From an uncultured virus (IMG/VR IMGVR_UViG_3300030503_000181) (lineage: Duplodnaviria; Heunggongvirae; Uroviricota; Caudoviricetes): a stretch of 20,000 nt of DNA. Shown here piece after piece: positions 7,325-15,089 of the stretch (position 1 is its first letter; each line of letters begins with the position of its first letter). Where the stretch lies: the IMG/VR virus record IMGVR_UViG_3300030503_000181. One strand, written 5' to 3'. The notes beneath the pieces were generated by a model. The model had not been told where the DNA came from and ran no database searches. It was given only the letters and a program-made list of their open reading frames with translations. A program made the position numbers and the translations under genes.

Positions 7325-8447
7325 GGTTGACTACTTCCTGCACAACGAGATGCTGAAAGACAAAGCTCTCGTTCGTTCGAAGGTGATCCGTGCGGTCACC
7401 GCTGGACAAGCGACTGACGACCTTGCTTCGATTCTCCCCCTCTCGGCGGGTGAACTCACAGTCATTCGAGCATACCGCTTCTACAAGACGCTTTCCGCCG
7501 AGCCCGTCCGCAAAACTTACATCGCCATCGACAAACTGCTTTCCGCAAAGGAAGCCATCGCCGTCATGACGGCGATTGAGAACCGCCATGTGCCGATTGT
7601 CATTCGTCCCGAAGATTTGGGCATCAAGCCGCAGGCGGCTTCCGAAGCGCGTGTCGAGAAGGTGATGGCTGCTGTTGAAGCCGTCGATCCGACCACGCTG
7701 CCGCAGGATCATCCAGATCATGTCTGCACCGACAAGTGCTACGACATCGTTCCGCTCAACGACCCCAAGGCGGTTGAGGCTGTTCGCGAGATTTTGAACG
7801 ACCCAAATCCAGACCGCAACTACAAGTACGGCGATCCGCAGCCCGCGACGGTGTTTGTCCCTGAATGGGGTCCAGACGCCGACACGTCGAATGTCGCCGC
7901 TGGTCAGCCTTCCCCCTACACATTCCCCAACAAGGCGCTCGAACCGCGTGGGGACGCGGTGTTCGATGGTGGAGACGAAGTTGTCACGCGGGCCGGCTTT
8001 GAAGTTTGCCGCTGGCATGGTTGGAAGTACATCGACCTGCGAGACGGGCGTTGCACGGCGACCGATGCGGGCTCCGGGTTCTACTACGACACCAAGTACA
8101 AGACCGAGTTGTCGATCAAGCGTGCCTCTGGCGCTCTGCAACAGTTCGGCAACGCGGTCACCGATGCTACTGTTGCTACGGAAAAATTCAACGAAGCTGC
8201 TCCGCGTAACGTTGATCTGGACGAGGCGGCTCCTATTATCTATCCGCCAGCCGCTCAGTGCCCTGATACTCCGTCGATCTGGCGTCCAATCAAGCCGCCT
8301 CAGGATGCGGTCTACGACGACAGCGGTTTCCGCCGTGATCCAGCGCAGGCCGTCGAGCGTTCCAGCAAGGCTCCGCTCATCACGCTGGCGACCATCGCGA
8401 CCATCGTCGGTCTGGTGCTCGCATATTTCCACTGGTTCAAGCACTAA
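7266..8447 (+). CDS. Hypothetical protein with basic N-terminus and C-terminal membrane anchor
   Basis: Long ORF with GC3-biased codons; ATG 7266; C-terminal LITLATIATIVGLVLAYFHWF helix. Confidence 0.75.
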   Translation: MSKSKSKTKQRKEQKLRPYRVDYFLHNEMLKDKALVRSKVIRAVTAGQATDDLASILPLSAGELTVIRAYRFYKTLSAEPVRKTYIAIDKLLSAKEAIAVMTAIENRHVPIVIRPEDLGIKPQAASEARVEKVMAAVEAVDPTTLPQDHPDHVCTDKCYDIVPLNDPKAVEAVREILNDPNPDRNYKYGDPQPATVFVPEWGPDADTSNVAAGQPSPYTFPNKALEPRGDAVFDGGDEVVTRAGFEVCRWHGWKYIDLRDGRCTATDAGSGFYYDTKYKTELSIKRASGALQQFGNAVTDATVATEKFNEAAPRNVDLDEAAPIIYPPAAQCPDTPSIWRPIKPPQDAVYDDSGFRRDPAQAVERSSKAPLITLATIATIVGLVLAYFHWFKH

Positions 8448-8458
8448 GAGGAGCAGTC

Positions 8459-8728
8459 ATGATTCGAGGAATGGAAGCGACGGGTCATCAAGTCGCAACG
8501 CCCGTGGAACCTACGTCCGTTAAGTTGACCACGGAAATCCACATCAGTCACACGGGTTGTCCCAATCAGGAGCAGTACAGACGCTCGACTGGTGAGTCTG
8601 GCTGGCCGCGCTTCATCGCCATCTTGCACGAGCGGTACGCCCCGTGGTAAATCACGCTCAAGTGCGAAGGCTGCGACACAACGATCAAGCACACTACGGT
8701 GTCCTCTACCCCCGTCGAAGACTACTAA
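8459..8728 (+). pseudogene. Zn-ribbon ORF interrupted by an in-frame TAA at 8648-8650 (nonsense allele, read-through or sequencing error)
   Basis: GAGGAG RBS; HTGC before the stop; the same frame continues ITLKCEGCDTTIK...EDY* and ends at 8728, abutting the next ATG. Confidence 0.55.
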
Positions 8729-9019
8729 ATGAAACTCAACATCGAGAATCCTCTAGCCCCGCAAATAGGAGTATTGTGGTCGTGCGAGGAGTGCGTTTTC
8801 GTGACGCACGACATGGAAGCCGCCATTCAACATTCCCAGTATTACCGCAAATTATACGGTGAAGCCTGCGCCCACCACACGCAATGCCTGTGGTACTACA
8901 ATGAGAACTTCCCCTCCCCTTTTATGAGGGGACGCAAGTGGTCTATTACATCGTTGAAGCCAGTCATCTCTTCCGGGCGGGCGACAAATTCCAGACGCAA
9001 TTCTTCGTGCTCGACGTAG
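8729..9019 (+). CDS. Cys/His-containing hypothetical protein
   Basis: CEEC...H...CAHH; abuts the upstream stop; its 3' end overlaps the next gene by 82 nt. Confidence 0.6.
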   Translation: MKLNIENPLAPQIGVLWSCEECVFVTHDMEAAIQHSQYYRKLYGEACAHHTQCLWYYNENFPSPFMRGRKWSITSLKPVISSGRATNSRRNSSCST

Positions 9020-9477
9020 TTAACTTCCTACAGCACGAATTTTTCGCGACCGATCCCGAGAGCCAGACCGTAGTCCTTCATGGTTCAATGAAGGACGAGC
9101 AGGCCGAACGTTATTCAGCCGCTCTTGAACGCCACAATGTCAAAGTCATCCGTATGAAGCCCATCGATTCCATGGTCGGGGGCAAGTTTTACTTCAAGCC
9201 CACGTGGTACATGCATCGCATGATGGGTACGGAGATTCCAGAGGGCAGTCACGTCGTCCTCATCGGCCTTCACAACCCGCGTTATCTTTCCTTCCTCGAA
9301 AAGTACGCTCACCAGTATGCGATCAGCATGGCGGCGTTTACCACCCCATCGAAGAAGCAGGGCTGGATGACCATCCCCGAAAGTTTCACCCCCTACCTCG
9401 TCAAGGCTATCGACCTCGACAAATATGTTGCCCCAATCAAAGCCGAGTTCAAGCGGAAATCCAGTAGTAAGTCTTAA
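8938..9477 (+). CDS. Degenerate NYN/LabA (PIN-like) fold protein
   Basis: Motif layout YIVEASHL / L..HNVKVIRMKP / VVLIGLHNPRY..FL / AIDL parallels NYN, but the catalytic Asp residues are absent; GAGGGG RBS before GTG. Confidence 0.5.
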   Translation: MVYYIVEASHLFRAGDKFQTQFFVLDVVNFLQHEFFATDPESQTVVLHGSMKDEQAERYSAALERHNVKVIRMKPIDSMVGGKFYFKPTWYMHRMMGTEIPEGSHVVLIGLHNPRYLSFLEKYAHQYAISMAAFTTPSKKQGWMTIPESFTPYLVKAIDLDKYVAPIKAEFKRKSSSKS

Positions 9478-9575
9478 GGGCGGCATCGCGGCCTAAAGTC
9501 CCGAACAGAGCTAGTTACTCTCCCGAGGAGGATTTCGCACCCGAGCTTCGGGGGGAATGCAACCCGAGCCGCCCT
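9477..9575 (+). ncRNA. Candidate structured small RNA or 5' leader of dut
   Basis: AGGGCGGC (9477-9484) pairs with GCCGCCCT (9568-9575), enclosing several internal hairpins; fills the intergenic gap. Confidence 0.45.
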
Positions 9576-9586
9576 GAAAGGTTCTC

Positions 9587-10045
9587 ATGCTCAAAGTGAA
9601 GAAGCTGAACTACGACGCCAAATGTCCGACTGTTGGTCATTTGGGGGAAGACCTCGCCTACGATCTGTATTCCGCCGAAGATGCTCGCATCGAGCCTTGG
9701 ACTTCATGCAGGATCGGAACAGGCGTAGCCGCCGTATTTGACGGCCCACCACTGGGGACGGCGTTCGCAACCCACATCTTCAAGTGGGGTCTGCTGATTC
9801 AGGATCGATCCAGCATGGCAAACCTGAGCCTGTTCACCATCGGCAGCGTCGTTGATTCGGGCTACCGTGGAGAGATTTTCGTGATGATCGTCAACTTCAC
9901 GGACGAGCCTGTCTTCATCCCAGCGGGCAGCAAGATCGCCCAGATGATCCCTACCATGGTTCTGACCCACTGTGGTATGGTTGAGGTTGCCGAGCTTCCC
10001 GCATCATCGCGGAAGACAGACGGCTTTGGGAGTACAGGTTCATGA
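9587..10045 (+). CDS. dut: Trimeric dUTPase
   Basis: AYDL, DRSS, VVDSGYRGEI, KIAQMI and R..DGFGSTG (motifs 1-5). Confidence 0.93.
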   Translation: MLKVKKLNYDAKCPTVGHLGEDLAYDLYSAEDARIEPWTSCRIGTGVAAVFDGPPLGTAFATHIFKWGLLIQDRSSMANLSLFTIGSVVDSGYRGEIFVMIVNFTDEPVFIPAGSKIAQMIPTMVLTHCGMVEVAELPASSRKTDGFGSTGS

Positions 10046-10248
10046 AGAAAAAAGTAGCAAAAGCGAGAATCACCCCCGAGATGCTGGAACGCTTGAATAA
10101 GGGCGAGACCATCACCGTCAACATCCCGCCCGACGTTTGCCAACTGCGACTTTCCCTGCATGATGGCGAAAAAGACATGTTTGATGAGATTATCGACGGT
10201 CTGTTTCGCAACCTCCTCCGAAAACTTCGTATCCAGAACCATAGGTAG
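10042..10248 (+). CDS. Small hypothetical protein
   Basis: ATGA coupling to dut. Confidence 0.65.
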   Translation: MKKKVAKARITPEMLERLNKGETITVNIPPDVCQLRLSLHDGEKDMFDEIIDGLFRNLLRKLRIQNHR

Positions 10249-10255
10249 AGGGTTC

Positions 10256-10912
10256 ATGGAACGTTATCTCGACATTGATGAGGGTCAGGCACTCAAGCTC
10301 CGCGAAGGGCTGGAGCTTTTGGAGACCCTCGACCGCGATGCAATCCGAGGACTTGACCTCTGTCTCTATGGATTAACCAGCGACCCGCAAGTTCTTGATG
10401 CCGCCCGCGAAGCCATCGCCTCCGACTCTGAGGATGAGATCGCCGAACAAGATGTGCAGATCGGCGAAGTCGCCGTCGCCATTCCTATTTCCTCAGACAC
10501 GATCTACGCCCTGACAGGATCGGGGATCAAGCTGAAGGATGAATATTTCGCTTACGCGGGTAGTGGGGGCGAGGGCACTCGTCGCGGTTATTTTTTCAGC
10601 GCCAGTTACCGTCCTACGGTCACCATGCACTCGTTCTCGCACACGGCTTTGGCGTCATCCGATTCTTGGGTTGACGACTTTCTGGAGAAAACTGGCGGTA
10701 AGAACGTAGCTCCTACCCAGATCAAAAAGAAAGTGCAGCGGTCGGAACAGGCAACCGAGCCGGGTACGCCGACTCCAGCCGAGCCCCAAGTTCCCGTAGA
10801 GACCCCGCCAGCCACACCAGCACAGCCCACTGCACCAGCAGCCGCGACCCCAAAGCAGACCTCGTTGAACGATTCCGCACTCGGTCGGCTGGTGGAGGAC
10901 TTCCTTGGGTAG
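10256..10912 (+). CDS. Acidic hypothetical protein with Pro/Ala/Thr-rich linker and short C-terminal helix
   Basis: GAGG RBS before ATG 10256. Confidence 0.7.
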   Translation: MERYLDIDEGQALKLREGLELLETLDRDAIRGLDLCLYGLTSDPQVLDAAREAIASDSEDEIAEQDVQIGEVAVAIPISSDTIYALTGSGIKLKDEYFAYAGSGGEGTRRGYFFSASYRPTVTMHSFSHTALASSDSWVDDFLEKTGGKNVAPTQIKKKVQRSEQATEPGTPTPAEPQVPVETPPATPAQPTAPAAATPKQTSLNDSALGRLVEDFLG

Positions 10913-11252
10913 CGAATCAACCGCGTTGGCGTGCATCCCTTCCCCACTCGCCGTTAGGTGGCCTGAAGTGTACCCGTTCAAAGAGGAGTACACCAAGATT
11001 CGCCTGAGCTTTCTTACCGACGACCCCAAGCATATCCGCTCCCTGATGTTGCAGCAAATCTACAACTCCAAGCCGCCATTCGTCGAGGATGTCTGTGTTC
11101 TCCTCCCCCGGATGCAGGTCTTCAGCATACTGGAAACGTTTCTCCCAGTCTTCGAACGACTGCAAGAGATTGGCGTAGTGAGCCCCGCAGCTAACCTGTT
11201 GGAATTCAAGGTCTTAGACGAGGACACCGAAACCCTCGCGTATTTGTTTTAA
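10905..11252 (+). CDS. Hypothetical protein (start uncertain, possibly GTG 10968)
   Basis: Only + strand ORF filling the gap before thg1. Confidence 0.55.
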   Translation: MGSESTALACIPSPLAVRWPEVYPFKEEYTKIRLSFLTDDPKHIRSLMLQQIYNSKPPFVEDVCVLLPRMQVFSILETFLPVFERLQEIGVVSPAANLLEFKVLDEDTETLAYLF

Positions 11253-11277
11253 TTCCTAGCCAAAAACTTGACCCTGA

Positions 11278-11286
11278 TGGTAGAAT
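11278..11286 (+). promoter_or_regulatory. Extended -10 promoter (TGnTAGAAT) for thg1
   Basis: TGG-TAGAAT in an AT-rich intergenic gap, 13 nt before ATG 11300. Confidence 0.5.
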
Positions 11287-11299
11287 AGACACCGAGTCT

Positions 11300-12217
11300 A
11301 TGACTATCCAACGAAGAGACGCTCTCGGCGACCGCATGAAGCGGTACGAAGACATTACTCGCTACAAACTTCCTCCCCGCACCTACACTCTCCTCCGTGT
11401 TGACGGGCGTGCGTTCCATACATTCACACGTGGGCTGGAAAAGCCCTACGATACGAGTTTCATGACGCTCATGGATCGCGTGGCGATTGCCCTGTGTGAA
11501 GAAATCGCGGGGGCTCAGTTCGCTTACGTCCAAAGCGACGAGATCAGTCTTCTCGCCGTAGACTTCCTTGAGATCGGCACCCAAGCATGGTTTGATGGGC
11601 TGGTGCAGAAGTGGTGCAGCGTGGCCGCTTCCGTTGCGTCGATGACATTCAATTCAACGCTGACCGCCAAAACCCTCTTAGAGATGGTGGAGGGTGAGCG
11701 CAACCCCGGCTACGTCGGGTCCAAAATCTGTGGGAAAGCTCCGAAAGCCACGTTCGACGCCCGCGTCTGGACGATTCCAGACCACGTTGAAGTCGAGAAC
11801 TACTTCGTGTGGCGTCAGCAGGACGCAGTGCGGAACTCGGTCATGATGCTGGCTCGGGCTCACGCCTCGCACAAGCAACTGCACGGCAAGAATCAGTCCG
11901 CTCAGCACGAGATCATTCACGCGGCGGGCGACAATTGGGAAAAGCATCCCGCTCGCTTCAAGCATGGCGGCATCATTCGCCGTCAGGCGGTTGACTATTC
12001 GCCAGTCCCCGTAGCTCACCCCGCGTTCGTGCCTCGGAATTTTTCGGGGTTGGTTTCTTCGGAGGCTCCGAAGCCTGAGAAAAGCAATTGGTTCATGGAT
12101 GAAGGCACTCCCGTGTTCACACGCGAGCGTCATTACCTGCGAACCATGATCCCTATCCATTGGGAAGATGACATGGTTACGCGGATTCCAGATCATCGAA
12201 AGGGGACCACAGCATGA
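11300..12217 (+). CDS. thg1: tRNA(His) guanylyltransferase Thg1-like protein (3'-5' polymerase)
   Basis: RMKRYE, RVDGRAFHTFT, KPYD, YVQSDEISL, FDARV and YFVWRQQDAVRNS motifs. Confidence 0.93.
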   Translation: MTIQRRDALGDRMKRYEDITRYKLPPRTYTLLRVDGRAFHTFTRGLEKPYDTSFMTLMDRVAIALCEEIAGAQFAYVQSDEISLLAVDFLEIGTQAWFDGLVQKWCSVAASVASMTFNSTLTAKTLLEMVEGERNPGYVGSKICGKAPKATFDARVWTIPDHVEVENYFVWRQQDAVRNSVMMLARAHASHKQLHGKNQSAQHEIIHAAGDNWEKHPARFKHGGIIRRQAVDYSPVPVAHPAFVPRNFSGLVSSEAPKPEKSNWFMDEGTPVFTRERHYLRTMIPIHWEDDMVTRIPDHRKGTTA

Positions 12218-12585
12218 AGGGTGCTCTTAAGCAGCTATCGGCATTCGGGAAAACTTTCAAGTACCGCATAGGGGAATTGGAAACTGAATTCCGTCTCCCG
12301 GGCGGCGAGACCTTGACGTACCCGAATTGGGATGTCAAGGGTGTGCGGGAACGGTTCTTCCGCGAAGAGTATCTCGATCCAGAGATTCATTACAACCAGC
12401 CCAAGGAATCGGAGTCGAGTGAGTTCGGCCTCAAGGCGTCCGATGTCAAGAAATTCGTCGAAGGCAACGCGGACATATTTGACCCGTTACCACCCCTCAC
12501 CACACCCATGTTCGAACCCATTCAGGTTGCCGGGGAAGCGCCGAAGGCTACTACTCCAGAACTGTCGGAGGCTCACAGTGCTTAA
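12214..12585 (+). CDS. Hypothetical protein
   Basis: ATGA coupling to thg1. Confidence 0.65.
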   Translation: MKGALKQLSAFGKTFKYRIGELETEFRLPGGETLTYPNWDVKGVRERFFREEYLDPEIHYNQPKESESSEFGLKASDVKKFVEGNADIFDPLPPLTTPMFEPIQVAGEAPKATTPELSEAHSA

Positions 12586-13723
12586 TTTTCTGCTCCTGAT
12601 GATCTTCCCGATTTTGATCGCCCTCGCAACTTTGCTGGTGTTCAAGGGCAAGATATTGTTCTGGGAATTTGCCGCACAGGTCGGCGTGGTCGCTCTGTTC
12701 GTCGGCATCGGTCTGGGCATCGCGTATAACAGTCGTACATCGGACACCGAAGTCTGGAACGGTCAGGTGACAGAGAAGAAGCGAAATGAGGTAAGCTGCC
12801 GCCATTCCTATTCCTGCAACTGCCACACAACATGCAGTGGGTCGGGCAGCAATCGATCTTGCACTGAGCACTGCGATACGTGCTACGAGCATCGCTATGA
12901 CGTGGATTGGGACGTGTATGCTTCCACAGGCGAGAGCACGAGCATCGACACCATCGACCGTCAGGGACTCGGTATGCCGCCCCGATGGGGCTCGGCGTAC
13001 CTCGGCGAACCGTGGGCGTCACAGCATGAGTTCACGAATTACATCAAGGCCAATCCCGACAGCGTACTGCTCGGCACCAAGGGCGACGTTGTACGGTTCA
13101 AGGCTATGATCCCTCCGTACCCCTCGGAGATTTACAACTATTACTACAACAACCCCGTCATCAACATGGGCGTTCCGAACGTCAGTCTCGATACGTGGAA
13201 CTGGCTGATCCGCGAGAAAAACAAGACTCTCGGACCTAAAAAGCAGGTTCATATCATCGTGATTCTGGTGCCTACCGATGACCGCGCCTACATGCTGGCT
13301 CTCAAGGATGCGTGGATAGGCGGCAAGAAGAACGACGTGGACGTGGTGATCGGCTCCAAGGACGGCAAGACCATCGACTTTGCCGACGTAATGAGTTGGT
13401 CTACCAACAAAGCCATGGCGGTTGATCTACGGGACCAGCTTCAAACTATCGGCGATCTCCAGAAAAAAGACGACTTGGTGAACGCCATCAACGATACCAT
13501 CATCGCCGAATTCGTGCGAATGCACATGAAGGACATGAAGTTTCTCATGCGGTCCTTCCAGCCTTCGGGCACTTCCATGATTGTCATTTTCATCCTCGCC
13601 GCACTCATATCCATCGGTCTTTCGGTATGGGCGGTTATGGCTGATCTCGGCGAAGACGATCTGGGCGATGACGCTTGGGGCCACCGTCGCTACGCGGCTC
13701 GGTTCAAGTACGGTCGGTATTGA
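12578..13723 (+). CDS. Membrane protein: 2 N-terminal TMs, Cys-rich loop, TPM-like alpha/beta domain, C-terminal TM
   Basis: GGAGG RBS before GTG 12578; CRHSYSCNC...C...C..C..CYEH; QVHIIVIL...AW.GGKKNDV.VVIG resembles the TPM (YgcG) domain. Confidence 0.7.
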   Translation: MLNFLLLMIFPILIALATLLVFKGKILFWEFAAQVGVVALFVGIGLGIAYNSRTSDTEVWNGQVTEKKRNEVSCRHSYSCNCHTTCSGSGSNRSCTEHCDTCYEHRYDVDWDVYASTGESTSIDTIDRQGLGMPPRWGSAYLGEPWASQHEFTNYIKANPDSVLLGTKGDVVRFKAMIPPYPSEIYNYYYNNPVINMGVPNVSLDTWNWLIREKNKTLGPKKQVHIIVILVPTDDRAYMLALKDAWIGGKKNDVDVVIGSKDGKTIDFADVMSWSTNKAMAVDLRDQLQTIGDLQKKDDLVNAINDTIIAEFVRMHMKDMKFLMRSFQPSGTSMIVIFILAALISIGLSVWAVMADLGEDDLGDDAWGHRRYAARFKYGRY

Positions 13724-13724
13724 G

Positions 13725-13753
13725 TTGCACAAAGTTTGCTGTTGCTGTAAAAT
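13725..13753 (+). promoter_or_regulatory. Sigma70-like promoter
   Basis: TTGCAC (13725-13730), 17-nt spacer, TAAAAT (13748-13753); GAGGAG RBS downstream. Confidence 0.6.
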
Positions 13754-13772
13754 ATAGTTTCGAGGAGAAGGT

Positions 13773-14393
13773 ATGAAAACATTTGATTTAGTTGCTGCCG
13801 CACTAGCTCTGATTTTGGTGCTTGTCGTTGGCGAGCTGTTCTTCGGCTATATGGGTTGGTCGAACGACGCTCGGACCTTTGAGGCGGACATTCCCGCTCA
13901 GTACACGCAGATGCAGAACGCCTATGACAACGGCTGGAAGAAGGTCGTGGAGACCGCTCAGGTTCCCGCGATGCAACAGGCCGCTTACAAAGACGTTTAC
14001 GACGGTGTGATGAAGGGTCGCTACGGAGCCAACGGCTCTCAGGCGATGCTTCAGTTCATCAAGGAGCAGAACCCGACGCTCGATCCTGCGTTGTACACGA
14101 AGATTCAGCAGACCATCGAGACCTTCCACAACGAATTTCAAGCGTCCCAGACGCAGATCATCGCCTACAAGCAGTCATACAGCAAGCTGATTACGGCGAC
14201 GACCGAGGGACGTATCTACAACATGATCGGCGGCTACCCACACATTCGCTGCGGTGTCCCCGCTGGCTCGGCTGACGACTATCAGATCGTCACCAGCGAC
14301 AAAACTCAGACGGACTTCCAGAACCACAAGTCCGAGCCCCTGAACCTGCTCAAGCCGCAAGGCACTACGAGCCAGCAGGCAGGCCCGAAATAA
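13773..14393 (+). CDS. LemA-like membrane-anchored helical protein
   Basis: N-terminal TM followed by a helical bundle; EQNPTL...Y..IQ..I......F...Q......Y pattern parallels LemA E.YP.L. Confidence 0.6.
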   Translation: MKTFDLVAAALALILVLVVGELFFGYMGWSNDARTFEADIPAQYTQMQNAYDNGWKKVVETAQVPAMQQAAYKDVYDGVMKGRYGANGSQAMLQFIKEQNPTLDPALYTKIQQTIETFHNEFQASQTQIIAYKQSYSKLITATTEGRIYNMIGGYPHIRCGVPAGSADDYQIVTSDKTQTDFQNHKSEPLNLLKPQGTTSQQAGPK

Positions 14394-14398
14394 GTTGA

Positions 14399-14440
14399 CC
14401 GCCGCTCCACTGGCGGAATGGGGGAGGGTAACCTCCCCCA
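14399..14440 (+). other. Tandem GC-rich hairpins
   Basis: CCGCCG/TGGCGG stem (14399-14416) and TGGGGGAGG-GTAA-CCTCCCCCA (14419-14440, perfect 9-bp stem, GNRA loop); no U-tract. Confidence 0.6.
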
Positions 14441-14472
14441 ACGGTATCAAAAATCAACAAGGGGAAACCACT

Positions 14473-15000
14473 ATGAAAAACACTCTGATCGCTCTCGTAC
14501 TTCTGGCTTCGGTAGCAGCCGTAGCTCAGACCACCACGTTCAAATCCGCCCGCGATGGTTTCCAAATAACCGCACCCACAGCGAAATTCGGGCAGGTGGA
14601 TACGTCGAGTGGCACAACGGCTGACGGCTTCCCTTTCACTACGACAGCCTACGCAGGCACCGACTCACAGGGCGATTACATCGTCGAAGTGACCACCTAC
14701 GACCGCGACATCACCAAGGATCGCCTTATCGCGCTCGCTAACTCGCAGAAGGGCGAAATCTACATGAGCAAAAACGATCTGGAGATTGATGGGCAATATG
14801 CCGTCCTTCGCATGGTGCGTGTGACGGAGGGTGGGGTGCAGCACAAGATGGCGAACTGGATCACCGCCAAGGGCAACAAGTTCTACCAGATCATCTTCGG
14901 TTCCGATAGAACTGCCGAGCAGCTTGACTTCGATAAGATGAACGCCTTTCAGGAGTCGTTCAAGTTCTACGGGTGCTTCCTGCCCGAGGGTTGCAAATAG
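14473..15000 (+). CDS. Secreted/periplasmic protein, possibly PsbP/DcrB-like fold
   Basis: Sec signal MKNTLIALVLLASVAAVA|Q; F.S..DGFQITAP ... G..FYQI.F ... F..SFKF pattern; AGGGG RBS. Confidence 0.65.
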   Translation: MKNTLIALVLLASVAAVAQTTTFKSARDGFQITAPTAKFGQVDTSSGTTADGFPFTTTAYAGTDSQGDYIVEVTTYDRDITKDRLIALANSQKGEIYMSKNDLEIDGQYAVLRMVRVTEGGVQHKMANWITAKGNKFYQIIFGSDRTAEQLDFDKMNAFQESFKFYGCFLPEGCK

Positions 15001-15002
15001 CC

Positions 15003-15089
15003 ATGAACTTCAACATCAAACTCAACCTGATCCTCGGGTCGGTCTGTTTCATTATCATGATCGCCCTGTTGCCTTTATTGAAGCCATGA
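15003..15089 (+). CDS. 28-aa single-TM peptide
   Basis: MNFNIKLNLILGSVCFIIMIALLPLLKP; ATGA coupling downstream. Confidence 0.5.
   Translation: MNFNIKLNLILGSVCFIIMIALLPLLKP

Noticed and set aside
7281..8444. 387-aa minus-strand ORF, and other minus-strand ORFs such as 15758-16561, 6083-6655 and 18966-19505
   Set aside because: Antisense shadows of + strand genes, expected from GC3-biased codon usage; no recognisable motifs and they conflict with the uniform + strand packing
7855..8523. 222-aa alternative-frame + strand ORF
   Set aside because: Arg/Ser/Thr-rich composition typical of an off-frame reading; almost entirely nested in the 7266 gene
9477..9575. tRNA, HDV-like/theta ribozyme or c-di-GMP-I riboswitch identity for the structured element
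   Set aside because: Has an acceptor-like 7-bp stem but no TTCRA T-loop or D-loop; the minus-strand TCCTCG resembles HDV L3 but P1.1 and P2 do not form; GGCCTAAA lacks the rest of the GEMM consensus
11268..11286. TTGACC as the -35 for TAGAAT
   Set aside because: Spacer is only 7 nt; treated as an extended -10 promoter instead
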